Positions 11,380-25,277 of a stretch of DNA of 64,000 nt are shown one piece after another. This DNA is from Octopus sinensis (taxonomy: Eukaryota), in NCBI RefSeq assembly GCF_006345805.1, contig NC_043010.1, positions 54,064,001 to 54,128,000 of the forward strand. Reading direction: 5' to 3'. The first letter of the stretch is position 1. Each line of letters opens with the position of its first letter. The notes beneath the pieces were generated by a model that saw only the letters and a list, made by a program, of their open reading frames with translations, searched no databases and was not told where the DNA came from. The position numbers were made by a program, and so were the translations under genes.

Positions 11380-14300
11380 CGTTAGAGAAGCACATCTCAA
11401 CATTGTGAAAATTTTCATGAGAACAAGTTTAATGGAGTTTTGGAATGTACCCATTGTAATAACACATTTTTGCGTATAATACCTTACTAAACACAGGCAA
11501 TTGTGCAACAGCAGATGTTAAAATTTCGAGGATAGTATACTACCACATATGAACTCATTACTGTATAACTAACACTGCAATCAAGCACCAACGTAACATC
11601 AACTGGAAAAAGCCATTACTAATATATTCTTCCCTTAGTCAAGTGCAAATGCTAATAAATGAAAATAATGACATCAGATATGTCTAAATTTTATATTATT
11701 TGTGCCTACGCCTACTTAAGCATATTTGTTTAGCAGTTTTGTTCTTCTCTAATCATGCGTATATTTTAGGCAAACCTGAATTTTTCAGTAAATATTAAAC
11801 ACTTTTAGCTGAACATTTCAAATGCGTGTGTTAATCACAAAATGTAAGTTATTTCGCTTCATTCACCATCGAGGTCTGTGTAGAATTTACGCAAAAGAAT
11901 ATCCTTGACATAATAAAAAAAAAAGCCACATACTATTTTATCTTGTTAGTACAATATTGGCACAGGAAATATTTGGCTTATAAATTTGGCTTATAAAATG
12001 GGTAAAGAGTTCTCTTTTCTCAATTGAAAACATAAACTGAATCAAAAAAGAAACGTCGCACGCATTCTATATAGAAACTGTTTTATTAACAGACTGCCAT
12101 AGTATTGATTGAAGTGTGCTAATTAAGAAAACATTCTTTTCTTATGATAAAACATAATTTTCTGAAATATGTTTGACGTTACATGGTGTCACGTGAGGAC
12201 GGATTGTCCTGGATCCAAAGAGATGAACTCAATTTTCCCTGTGGCTACCGTTAGCATTGGTTACCGCCAGGCATCTTTTGTACATTGAATGCACCAAATG
12301 ACAAATGAATGAATGCCGTGGGGATAGTAACCGACACTCTGTTAAAATTGGATCATGTGCTTTTGGAGGAAGTCTGTAGTGAGCCTGGCAGTATAGGTAC
12401 GGGCGTTGTCGTGTTGGAACACGTGATTCCGATAACTTGCAAAGTATGACACAACGTGAGGCCTCAAAACTTGGTCGTTCTAGCGAGCAGCAGTTACTCC
12501 ATTGCTCCGACCTTAGGCGATGGTTTGGAAGACCACCAGCCCACGTTTCTGGCTGAGAGCAATCCCGCACCATATCATGAAACTCTGTCTTCTCCATGTG
12601 TGTGTCTCTCCCACACACTCATCTGCATGGCATTCACCCCTACTTCTGCAAACCCTAGCTGTGCCGTCTGCCAGAGAAATTCAGAATCGATTTTGTCAGA
12701 GAGTACTACAGTCCTCTACTGCTGATATTTCCAATTATGACGTTTTTGAGCTCATTACGGATGTACCCTTCGACGGCGATCTATGAGGACGGAGCCTCTA
12801 GATAGACGTTGACAAGGCAGATTGAAGGATCTCAGCCGGCGGCGAACTGTCTCTACCCCAATGGGTTCGTAGTGAGTCATTATGGTCTACCTAGCTGAGT
12901 CTGTTGCCCTCCTGAATCGGACCTGCAAGGGCTGTCGGTGCAGATCGCGATCTTGAGGTAACTCGGTCAGCCACTGCCTGACAATCGTGGTGTTTGTGGA
13001 ATTGTATCACTCCCTGCAATTCAAGTCATTAACAATGAACCATGGACGTTGACCATCATGGAGACGGCCGATGGCTTGCGACCTCTGATTTCATGTCAGT
13101 CTTGGTATGTTTTCTGCCTTCGGGAAAGGAATGACAGGCTGATAAATTTGGGTGCCTTTTATGCCAATGTATCAACGTTTTGCACGTGCATCATTCTTTT
13201 CATACAGATGCCTTGGTGAGCATTATCATGTTTACGAAAAGCGAGCGAACCATACACTTGTGATTTTAAAAAGAGAGTAGTTTTGTTGTCAGTGACATCT
13301 TTCTGGTGTCAAATTACTTAGAAATGTGATAAAACCCATATAGTCTCAATATCCTATGTGAAACAAATAATCTTTTACAATGCGACATTTGTTTTATAGT
13401 TCAGTATAAATAATTTGTTCGATAACTTCACGAGAAAGGTTGTATAGGAATTTATACACTAACAATGACTGCTTTAGAACTTGTAAAGTTAAACTCTAGT
13501 GTCTGAATTAGACAAGCTTATGATAATAGATACTATATGCTTTAAGATATGTTAACAATTTTAATACATATGTTGTCCATTATAATAAAGGCCACAAGGG
13601 CTTAAAAGTATTGAGTTTGCTATGAATCGGTTATTTGCTTTCAAGTGTTTCAACAAATATTCGGAAAGTAGATATCAAACAACAGTTAGTTATTTTGATA
13701 GAAACGCGGTTTCTTTGAATGAAATCTCCGGGGTTAAATGCAGTATACGTGATGTTGAACAGCAATTACTTACACTACGAGAATAAATACCATTTATGTA
13801 CAAGTGTACTGGGTAACATTTACTGAAAATGATCCACGGCAGAAACTGTTGTATAAATTATATTTCTACAAATATGAGAATAATGAAGTTCAATTCTTAC
13901 AAAAGGTAAAGTATTGTGCGGAGAAGTTTAGAATTCAATCTGAATTCCCCACTAACTTTTCATTACCAAATCAGTTTGATATCAGGCAAATCAAATACTT
14001 TATTACCAGAGACTCTATTTGCTATGATTTTGAACAAAATTGAAGTCACCGTATTTGATGTGCATTCACTTTGGATCAATTTGTCAGTTCAATAACTTAA
14101 ACGAGGAAGAAATGCTTTCAGCAATGGAACAATTTCTGCGACAGTATTGCAAAGAGGTATCGAGTGATTTTAGAAATGAGTTTCTATTTCTTAAACGAAT
14201 ACGTTGAGTAGGCATTAAATTGGATCGAAAACCCAATAAACCGCTGTTTGAGATTTAAACTTTGAGAAAATCTCCAATTACTTTTATTGTCGTGACAATT

Positions 14301-14510
14301 TATATAAGTTTGCCAAGAATGCCTTGTTCTGGGAGGAAGAAATATACTCAAGATGGAACACGTGAAGAATAAGCAAAAATTCGAATATGGATTTCAGCTA
14401 GTGGTCATTAAGGAAGGAGTGAAATTTAAGCTTCTGGAGGGGGATGTTGTTTACAGATATACTTACATATCTGAGATGTCATTAAAGAAAGCTATAAAAG
14501 GAGTCAGATG
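11380..14510 (+). pseudogene. decayed hAT-superfamily (ZMYM1-like) transposase, interrupted by a Tc1 insertion
   Basis: collinear degraded motifs: SKY*TLLAEHF and NVSYF..KNILDIIKKKATYY (11770-11960); RQAYDN after the Tc1 (~13510); CAEKFRIQSEFP..QFD (~13920); FGSICQF..LNEEEM..QYCKEVSSDFRNEFLFLK (~14070-14200); hAT dimerization-like PITFIVVTIYISLPRMPCSG (~14275-14330); many stops and frameshifts. Confidence 0.55.
12035..13406 (-). mobile_element. Tc1-like transposon (~1.37 kb), decayed transposase ~13108-12175
   Basis: minus-strand PRLT*NQRSQAIGRL (N-terminus), ADGTARVCRSRGECHADECVG..SFMIWCGI, FQHDNAR, LLSPRHSFICHL; imperfect TIRs AACTGAATCAAAAAAGAAACGTCGCA / TGCGACATTTGTTTTATAGTTCAG with TA flanks. 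Confidence 0.85.
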
Positions 14511-14679
14511 TGTCAGAGATTTTGCCCCTTGAAGTACGAGAAACTGAGGCATGTTCTCAAAGTTTAGGACATAACCGTAGGGAGAAACACAGAAAGAGAG
14601 TCGAAAAGAAGGAGAGAGGAGAGTGTGCCCATAATTTTGTCAAGAAGAGGGTTATCTCAGTAACGCTTCAATTCAATGT

Positions 14680-15026
14680 CATCAAGGGGGCAATTTAAAT
14701 GGCCAGTGATCCCGTTGCCAGCTCATGAAATTAACGTGCAAGTAGCTGAGCACTCCACAGACACGTGTATCCTTAACGTAGTTCTCGGTGAGATTCACCG
14801 TGACACAGTGTGACAAGACTGACCCTTTGAAATACAGGTACCAGAGAAATAGGAAGACAGAGTGAGAGAAAGTTGTGGTGAACGAGTACAGCCGGGTTCG
14901 CCACCACCACCTGCCGGAGCCTCTTGGAGCTTTAGGTGTTTTCGCTGAATAAACACTCTCAACGCCTGGTCTGGGTATCAAAACCGCGAGCCCGCCGCCC
15001 TAACCACTGGGCTATTGCACCTCCAC
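14680..15026 (-). mobile_element. tRNA-derived SINE, family C (GTGAAATTAACGTG-type tail)
   Basis: minus head GTGGAGGTGCAATAGCCCAGTGGTTAGGG..; body AGAGTGAGAGAAAGTTGTGG; homologous to 41471-41857. Confidence 0.85.
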
Positions 15027-15034
15027 TCTTTTAA

Positions 15035-16355
15035 AATGATACAGGTGTTTATATCCTTCTACAATTTGAATAGTTTTAATGCGTACTTAATTCAAATTAT
15101 TAAAAATTGTCGGCCAAATATGTTTGAGACCGTACCGACATTATTTTGTTTAATTTCATAATTCACGACACAAACAATCAATGAGCAAAAATTTATTATT
15201 AGTATCAAGTTCCATTATTTTCAATTACAGCCTTACAACTGCCGATATGGAGTTCGACGATGGGCACAAAAATTATTTGGAATATTCTGTAATAGTTCTT
15301 CAATAAAATTATATAATTGGGACAATTTGTTTTTAACATGGACTCTTTTAGAAAAATAATTCTATAAATTTTCTATCAGATTCAAATAACCACCATATTA
15401 TTGCACTCAAAATATTGCAAAATTTTTCCGGTGACATCTGATTATTTAAAAATAGCAGCACATTTTCGTTTACTAATTGCAGATAGCCTACACCGTTCTG
15501 TCTGCCATCAACATCAACAATAGAACCAACACCTAAGCTGCTAAACGTGGCCCACACCATGACCCCACCACCTCCCACTTGCGCCGTTTTGTTGATACAC
15601 TTAGGATGAACTACTTCAGTTGGATGGCGTATAAAATAAGTCTTTCCTTCTGATCCAAAGATGCAGAAGTGAGATTCGTCGCTCCAAAGATCTTTTGACG
15701 AGTGTTCGGCCATCCATTTAATATGGCTTTTAGCAAACTTGATCCACTTCCCTCGGTTCGTCTCAGGAATTATCTGCTTCTTTCGAGCGATCCGGTCGAA
15801 GAACTCGAATTCTTTTTGGCGGTTTCTGACAGTTTGTGATGTAAAGCTGATGTCAGTTTTATGAGTTAATTGCTTGCAAATGTCCACTGCTGTTAGCATT
15901 CTTTTACCTCCAGGGAGCCTATGAATTCGCCGATCCATCTGTACTTTTCTTTTTTTTTCTCGGAGCTCCCGTTCTTTGCCGATATTTTTATTGGTCAGCG
16001 GCTTGGTTAAGTTTCCATGCTTGAACACAAATCTGTTTTGCTGCATCCTAATTGCTTGATAATATTTAGGAAAGACACAGTTTGCTGATGAGGCAACACA
16101 AGCTTTGATGTAGTAAATTTCTCATAGCGAATTAATGTCTCACAATGATTGATCATTAAAGAAAACAGTGCAGTACGACCAGCCACATGACCACACATTT
16201 GGTTTATTAATTTGCATAATCTTGGTACGGTCTTCAATTTATTTTGCCGACAGTTTCTAATCATTTGAATTAATTGTGCATTAAAATAATTCGAATTGAA
16301 GAAAGATATATAACACCTGTGTCATTCGAAAGGGAAAAAAAGTCTACATAAACTG
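15035..16355 (-). mobile_element. Tc1-like transposon with ~100-bp inverted repeats
   Basis: IR 15035-15136 vs 16224-16326 (AATGA(T/C)ACAGGTG..TGTCGG..GACCGTACC); possible outer end ACTG|TA at 16352-16357. Confidence 0.9.
15207..16190 (-). pseudogene. Tc1 DDE transposase pseudogene (includes ORF 15348-16046)
   Basis: motifs RIARKK, WSDESHF (first Asp), GGGGVMVWATFS, then out-of-frame LNLIENL*, QNIP, CKAVIENNG; the FQQDNAP and WPAQSPD segments are deleted. Confidence 0.9.
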
Positions 16356-16709
16356 TAAAAAGTAAAATGACTTTATACATTTCATTTTTGGATATGGTTT
16401 GCAAGTTTTTATATGAGTTCGTGTGTTGGAGCATATTCTGTTGCGTCTGGAGAGAGCCATTTTCTTTTTGTGCTTTATAATTTAACACACTCAACGGTAA
16501 AATTTCCACTTATTTCTAATTATTATTTTCTAATTATTATTTTCCTACAATTTTCGTCTTTCAACCTTTTCAAGACGCAACCACATTAAGTGGAAACATT
16601 ATAAGGCACAAAAAGAAATTGATTTTATACAGTTTTGTTAAAAATAAATTAATGAAGGAATAGAACTGTCATTATCGTTGTAAAACTTATCTTGGTCAGT
16701 GTAGATGAG

Positions 16710-16740
<31 letters not shown>

Positions 16741-16751
16741 ATATATATATT

Positions 16752-16782
<31 letters not shown>

Positions 16783-16927
16783 GCATATATATATCAGTGT
16801 GTGTGTGTATACATATATATATATATACATACACATACATGCATAATTCATACATACACCCACATATATACATACATACATACGTGCGAGCAAACAAGAT
16901 ACAGACTTTAAAATATATTCTTTTATT

Positions 16928-17300
16928 CTCCTTTTCCTTTACTTGTTTCTGTTATAATTTGACTGCAGCCATGCTGGAGCGCCGTCTGGAACTGTATTTG
17001 TCGAACAATTCGGCTCCAGGTTTTATTTTAAGCTTAGAACACCTCCTACCACTTTCCTTGCAGTACAGTTGTGAAGTGATGATGGTGGTACAAATGCAGA
17101 CACACACACAAACACAGATATATAATTATGTGAGTGTGTGTGTGTGTGTGTGTAGTATGGGCACCTGTCAGTGTCCGTCCACCAAAACTACTCCCAAGCT
17201 TTTGCTCGGCCGAGGCCATAGTAGAAAATACTTGACCAAACTGCAACGCAGTGGGACTGCCCTCGAGGTTATGTGTCTAGAAACAAGGTTCTTATCATAG
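16928..17300 (-). mobile_element. SINE family A, diverged
   Basis: TTTACTTGTTTC..GACTGCAGCCATGCTGGAGCGCC tail and GGCCGAGGCCATAGTAGAAAATACTTG..GCAGTGGGACTG head, both in reverse. Confidence 0.75.
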
Positions 17301-18102
17301 GTGAAGCCATGACTTCACCTATATATGAGAATTTATTAATGTACAGATTTGCTTTCAGGAAACATTCTAATTCAAAACTTTCAGTTTCGAGACGCATTCC
17401 TTAATACAATTTCTTACGATATGAAGACAAAAAATCAAATAGCTATGATACATGTCTTGTGGCAAAACGATTTGCACTTTTGCCCTACCTGGTTGGAATG
17501 AATATCTGAGTATATAGTTTTCAGAAAACTTACTTTGCGAATACGTTGTAGAAGAATGCAATTATTATTCCGATTCAAAAGATGATACATGCACCATTTA
17601 TATATATTTTTAGAGAATGTCTATGCAACTGTGTACGATAAATTGTTACAGTTAATGCGGGATATCTTCTAAGTTATTCCATGGAAATACGCTGGTTTGT
17701 ATAGTAAATCGATTTATATTTTAAATAACAGGTTTGAATATTCGTAATTTACAGGAAATATTACAGGATAATTTTATAAATATGAAAGAACTGAATCATT
17801 TCAATTTGAGATTCGTATGAACTCAGTAAATCTAACATTATTGTGAAACACAAAAGTTCATAAATTCAGAGATTTCAAAGAAAGAAATTATAACTTCCCG
17901 GGCATGTATATGTGCCCTTCTTTGACCGGTGATATCTACAAATATTTTCATTCTCTTTCTCTTTATTTTCTCTTATTCCTTTCTATTGAAGATCGCAAGC
18001 TCGAAACGTAGAAAACTTTTTCATTTTCCCGAGCGTCAAACTAAAACACTTGTTTGTTGTCCATACACCTGTCATCGTCATTTGTTTGTCTGTAAATATT
18101 TC

Positions 18103-18151
<49 letters not shown>

Positions 18152-20924
18152 ATACATACATGTGGGGTGGGATGATGTATAGGCTTGTATGTGTATGCAT
18201 AAACTCGGACAGAATAGAAGAACCCGTCAAGAAGAAACTAAATGAATTATCGATGACAATGTAGACATGCATATACTTGGAACGAAATAAAAGTTTTCTA
18301 ATCCGCCACTTAAAAAACAGCCGAAGAATATAGAATATTATATTCATGCTACCATAGAAACATATTTAGTTACTGTCAGATACAATTTACATAAAATCAT
18401 TTGTACTTTTCAAATAACTGGCTCAAAGGTATATTTGATCATCGTGTTATAATAACATCATCCCATGGAAACAGTAGAAGAGAAAAGCAATTATTATCCC
18501 CATATAAGTGTTGATGCATGCGGCAAACAAATCTATTTTCACAGACTTTTTCTTTAATTAGCTGTGATACAAGATTTAGCTACTTGGATGACTTTCAAGT
18601 TATTTTATTCACGTATGTACTTTTGTATAGAACGTGTGCTTAACGTTTCAATAATATACGGTGTAAAGAATCTACAGTCGGTTTTCTGAGATGATATACT
18701 ACTCCAGTTGTTGAATCTTACGGCTGTTTGCCTTAAGGATCAGGTAACTGAGTGTTGGGGTTGTATATCATACTTGAAATTTCAATCCATATTCAAGATT
18801 CTTGCAGGCAATGGAAAATACAGTATAATACTGAAGATAGAAGAGTAGTTTTCTGTTACAGTGTTAAACAGTAACTGTGGGTGTATATTACACCTGCTGC
18901 ATTGGTGACGGTATGTCGACTGTCATGCTATACTGGATGATATGTCAATGTTGATGATCCTTGAACGGCGAACTCCTAACATGAAATTATAGTAAAACGC
19001 TTTCTCCAATTACATGGGAAATGTTAGACTGCATAAACATTGGAATATTACAGTTTATATTAGCTTCCAAATAGCATCATATCTGGCAAATTCTGCAGTA
19101 TCTTGCATATATATATATATATCAAATAATTGACCGGTTTAAATGAGGTTGGATCATAAAGACAGCGCAAGAGCAATCTGTGATAGAAATACCTTATGCA
19201 ATTTGCCTCATTTAACATCGGGTTTTCAAGATGGCATTAAATTGTTTCAAATGCATTGGGAGATCGGAAAGCAATTAAATATGTCTAAAGTGATATTATA
19301 TCATAAGTGTACCCGTGTACGTATGACTGAGCCTAAGAGAGATATGTAAGAAATACTCGGAAAATTTTTGTGCACAAAAATAATGCCCTGCCCAAATCTG
19401 CATGGGAAATAATACCTTTCCTCCAAAAGCCTGATTTTCATGCAAGTCTTTTGAACTTAAACCAATATATCTGATAAGCTATATGCTCAAAACACAGTGG
19501 CACTACATCTTTTTAAAATTATACTTGATTTACTACAGATGGAGGTTTGGCGGAATATCTGTATTTTAGATGTAAAATGAAATCTAGACCCAATTAATGA
19601 CATTTTATGAGACTTTATATATATATGTGTATGTGTGTGTATCTCTGTTTGTACAAGAACCCCCAAGTTCGTGCTCCAGCTTGGCTACAGTGAAATGACT
19701 GAAACAAATAATATAACAGAAGTAATACACACACACTCACATACACACACACACACATACACACTCACATACACACACACACACATATATACTCACATAC
19801 ACACACACACATATATACGTGCTTGTCTGTCTGTACATATATATATGTGTGTGTGTATACATACGGGTCCTTTCCTGTTTGCCTGCTCATTTGGAAGTTA
19901 CACATTTCACAGAATTGTTTTTTTGGGTTCTTTTTTCAAATTGGTGCATTGATATAAGTTTTCACGGTGAATCTCACGGGATATTTCACTTTTACCAGGA
20001 AATTTTTGTAAAAGGGTACAGCGGTTGAAATTTTGATCATTTTTTGTTTTTCGCCCAGTCTGAAAACAGGATTTGAAGCTATTATTTTGTGCGTGACTCT
20101 CACAGAATTCTACATTACGAACGCCGTATAACCCATCATAACTTGCTCTCTGAAATTCTCAGTAAAACTTTGAGATTTTGTATACTACACACGGGAATTC
20201 ATACGATTACGCAATACCCATTCTCCACGCAATAATTGGGTCGTGATTTAAATTCCATTTAATTATTATTTTTAGCACATGTGACAACTACCTCTGTTTT
20301 ATGCATTTAATTAACAAAAATGACCATGTGGTTAAGCAGCTACGTAACATCTTGGCTTGTTACTAATTGAAACATGCAACTATAATCCTGTGGCTTTCCA
20401 TTGGCTGAAATGACCTCAAATTTATTGATTTGCAGCGAAAATGAATTTCTTGTCAATGTCTACCATAAAATACTATATCAACACATCAAATATGAAATCA
20501 ATTGGAACGAAAATGGAAAAGAAATTGAAAATATCCTATATCCATACATACGTGTGTGTGTGTGTATCTTTAAGTAGAGAAGCTGAGGGAAATACAATAT
20601 GAGAACTGGAAGAGGAAAATTTTGAATAAATAGTTATAGCTGCACACATAAAAGCATAGGTGCACGACATACAAACATACACACACACATACACATACAC
20701 AAACACAGACACACACACACACGCACGCATAAACATACACACATACACGTATGTTTATATGAGCACACATACATATATATATATATTAGTATATATGTAT
20801 GTACATCTATACGTATACGTATACATGTATGCATATATATGTATATACGTGCATATCTTTCTATCTACCTATATATAGCACACATATTAGTATTATGTTA
20901 AATTATTATTAGATTTTTTTTAAG

Positions 20925-21266
20925 GGACATGAAGGCCTGCAACATCAATATTAGTGGTTGGGAGGCAGTTGCCGGCAACCGTGGAGAATGGAGACGTACC
21001 GTAAAAGAGGGAATATAAAGGAGTGACAGAGGGAGAGAGGAGAAATGGAAAGAAAGGAAGAGACGTAAACAAGAGACTATGGCACTACAACCAGCCAGGA
21101 ACAGTCTTCGCTACATTTGCGGTACCTGCCAGAGGGAGTGTTTGTCCAGGATAGGACTACACAGCCACAGTAGGAGATGCATCAGGACATGAAATGTAAA
21201 AGCCGGATTAGACTACTTCATGCGCAACTCCATCGTCTCCCGAGACAGAAAGGATGCCAATACAAT
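20925..21266 (+). mobile_element. RTE-clade LINE 3' fragment
   Basis: DMKACNINISGWEAVAGNRGEWRRTVKEG..YICGTCQRECLSRIGLHSHSRRC* (C-terminal Cys/His motif typical of RTE) and 3' tail CCATCGTCTCCCGAGACAGAAAGGATGCCAA. Confidence 0.9.
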
Positions 21267-21765
21267 TAGTATTATACACATTTTACACATCAGCGTAAGT
21301 AAATTTAATAGAATAACAAAGGCAATGTGTTTCTATGTGATAGTGCTATATGCATACAGTTGGTCGTTTTTCTAAGCCTCAATATAAATAAAAAATACAA
21401 GACTTAATTATATTGAAACGAGGAATATAATATATGCATAAATATAATTTATTCGCAGTGATAGTCTTAATATTATTGGAGACCAGCATCATTATACCGA
21501 TTGTTTCATTCATTGTTACAACTATAATTTGTTTGGGGTTCTTTAAGATTTGTAGCATAATTCGTTTAGGCATGCAATTTGTTACATGCTTCTCCATGGC
21601 AATTATAAATTAACGCATAATAATTTCCCTGGATGAAGCTGAAATAGGTTCCTGCTTAAAATATATTTATGCATATATGTATATATATATACATGCATGC
21701 ATACACACATACACACATATATATATATACACATACGGAGATACACACACGCACAGACGCATATA

Positions 21766-21766
<1 letters not shown>

Positions 21767-21814
<48 letters not shown>

Positions 21815-21972
21815 GTTGTTGTTGTTGTTGTTACTATTATCATTATTATTATTGATATTGTTCTTCATGGGATTAATCTTATCAAGAATATGTTTATAAA
21901 TAAGTTTCTGATTACAATATTATTAATATTAACATTGCTAGCATCATCATCGTTGTTACAATAAAAATAATG

Positions 21973-22054
<82 letters not shown>

Positions 22055-22250
22055 CCAAATATAATGATAATAATAATGATAGTAATAATAATGGTAATGA
22101 TAATAATAACAATAACCAAATAGAATAATAATACTAATGATAATAATAACAATAGCAATAATTAATACTAGTGATGCTAATATTAATAATGCTGATAATA
22201 ATAAATACAATAATAGTAATAATAATTATTACTATTACTATTATTATTAA

Positions 22251-22308
<58 letters not shown>

Positions 22309-22345
22309 GATATTATTATTGTTATCATCATCATCATCATCATCA
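21767..22345. repeat. compound (TAT)n/(AAT)n/(CAT)n microsatellite block
   Basis: direct reading. Confidence 0.9.
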
Positions 22346-22767
22346 TCTTTTATTAATGTTCTCGCTTCAAAATCATTTCGCTATTCCATTATTCATTAGG
22401 ATGTGTTTTATTATCAAATTAAAATGTTAAATTGCATTGAAAATCTCTCACTGAGGAAATTTATAATTTCAATGAAATTCTTGCGTTATTTTCATCTACC
22501 TAAATATACATACACACACACACACACACACACACGTACAGATCCATAATGTATATATCGTTTGATATTTATATATGTAAGTATATATATGCATATGTAT
22601 GTATCATTATAGAAGTTTATATGTGTGTGCGTGAATTTGATGGTGTGTGTGTGTATATGAGTATATGATGCATATATACATACACAGTTACACACACGCA
22701 CATGCATACATACATAATACATACATATAAATATATATATACATACATATATATATACATATATATA

Positions 22768-22846
<79 letters not shown>

Positions 22847-23065
22847 CTAGTTCCACGTATGTGCATATATATATACCTATACATGTATATGTACGTGTGT
22901 GTGCATATAAAGGCGCAAGAAACTTAATGAAAACAAATTAAAAACAGTAATTAACAATGCAACAATACGAAGAGAACGGTATTAGGTTAAATCCTGCAAG
23001 AATCTACAAAATATTGGCTGTATTCTTCTTCTCCGTCTTCTTCTTCTTTTGTTCTTGTTCTTGTT

Positions 23066-23128
<63 letters not shown>

Positions 23129-23925
23129 TATTATTATTATATTATTATTATTATTATTATAGATATTATTATTGTTATCATCATCATCATCATCATCATC
23201 TTTTATTAATGTTCTCGCTTCAAAATCATTTCGCTATTCCATTATTCATTAGGATGTGTTTTATTATCAAATTAAAATGTTAAATTGCATTTGAAAATCT
23301 CTCACTGAGGAAATTTATAATTTCAATGAAATTCTTGCGTTATTTTCATCTACCTAAATATACATACACACACACACACACACACACGTACAGATCCATA
23401 ATGTATATATCGTTTGATATTTATATATGTAAGTATATATATGCATATGTATGTATCATTATAGAAGTTTATATGTGTGTGCGTGAATTTGATGGTGTGT
23501 GTGTGTATATGAGTATATTGATGCATATATACATACACAGTTACACACACGCACATGCATACATACATAATACATACATATAAATATATATATACATACG
23601 TATAAACAAATATATATACATATAGATATATACATACATATATATATACATATATATAAACAAATATATATATATATATATTATATATATATATATGACT
23701 AGTTCCACGTATGTGCATATATATATACCTATACATGTATATGTACGTGTGTGTGCATATAAAGGCGCAAGAAACTTAATGAAAACAAATTAAAAACAGT
23801 AATTTAACAATGCAACAATACGAAGAGAACGGTATTAGGTTAAATCCTGCAAGAATCTACAAAATATTGGCTGTATTCTTCTTCTCCGTCTTCTTCTTCT
23901 TTTTGTTCTTGTTCTTGTTCTTGTT

Positions 23926-23993
<68 letters not shown>

Positions 23994-24000
23994 TATTATT
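22305..24000. repeat. tandem duplication, ~853-bp period
   Basis: units start TATAGATATTATTATTGTTATCATC at 22305 and 23158; unique segments identical except three single-T indels; microsatellite lengths differ. Confidence 0.9.
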
Positions 24001-24002
24001 AC

Positions 24003-24034
<32 letters not shown>

Positions 24035-24204
24035 GTAGTAGTAGTAGTAGTAGTATAGTAGTAGTAGTAGTATTCATCTTCTTCTTTCTCTCCCTCTTCT
24101 TTTCTTTTTTGTCTTTTTCTTGTTCTTCTTCTTCGTCTTCTTCTCCTTCTTCTTCGTCTACTTCTCCTTCTTCTTGTTCTTATTATTATTATCATTATTA
24201 TTAC

Positions 24205-24245
<41 letters not shown>

Positions 24246-24259
24246 GTAGTAGTAGTAGT

Positions 24260-24301
<42 letters not shown>

Positions 24302-24857
24302 TTCATCTTCTTCTTTCTCTACCTCTTCTTTTTCTTCTTCTTTTCTTCTTTGTCTTTTTCTTGTTCTTCTTCGTCTTCTTCTTCTTCTTTTCCTTCTTAC
24401 CTCCGAGAATTGATGCGAATTAAAGTACATATAAAACCACACCAGAATATCGACCGATTTATAGTTGAGATTGCGACCGACATCTGAACCTTCGCTCCCG
24501 CCTGACCAATCCGATAAAAGCGTGAGCTATTCGGAAGGTCGAATAAAATTTCATTTGCTGGATTGATAATTTGTTATGAATAAACTGTCCATCTCCCTAA
24601 GGAATACACCTCTTGAAGGAACCATTTGTTACAAGGTTATTCTACACAATACTCTGATTTTCTAAAATAATTCAATGTTATAAATATAATTATCTTCTAT
24701 ATTTTATGATAGTGCTGTATATTCTAACAGTACCAGTGACCCTTCTTGACCTACTCAGTTTCATGTGCAAACATGAAATTGTAAATCATCACATTTTCGA
24801 ACAGTTAAAACAAAACATATTTGCATCTATCTTTTTATCTATCTATCTATCTATTTG

Positions 24858-24891
<34 letters not shown>

Positions 24892-25216
24892 ATCTATCTA
24901 TCTATCTATCTATCATCTATCTATCTATCTATCTATCTATCATCTATCTATCTATCTATAGATAGATAGATAGAGAGATAGATATACTGAGAGATACATG
25001 TATAGATGTAGATAGATACATACAAATTAAGAGGAATAACCCCCAAAGTGGATTCCTAATATGCTAAATATAGACGTCAAATCGCCTTACTTACCGTGGT
25101 TGGTTTGTCAGAATGTGTTCTCTTAATTTGTATGTAATATAATTTTTAATCTTTGGATTTTTTTAAATACGCCAAACCGCTTGTTTTAATTGATTAATAT
25201 AAATTTCTACGCTCAT

Positions 25217-25277
<61 letters not shown>

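Noticed and set aside
18680-18915. Cluster of splice-like signals on both strands
   Set aside because: No consistent open exon in any frame that I could link or recognise
24490-24520. CCCGCC plus CCAAT promoter-like pair
   Set aside because: Only two short motifs with no further support
25088-25130. Perfect minus-strand donor G|GTAAGT
   Set aside because: No convincing acceptor or recognisable exon upstream
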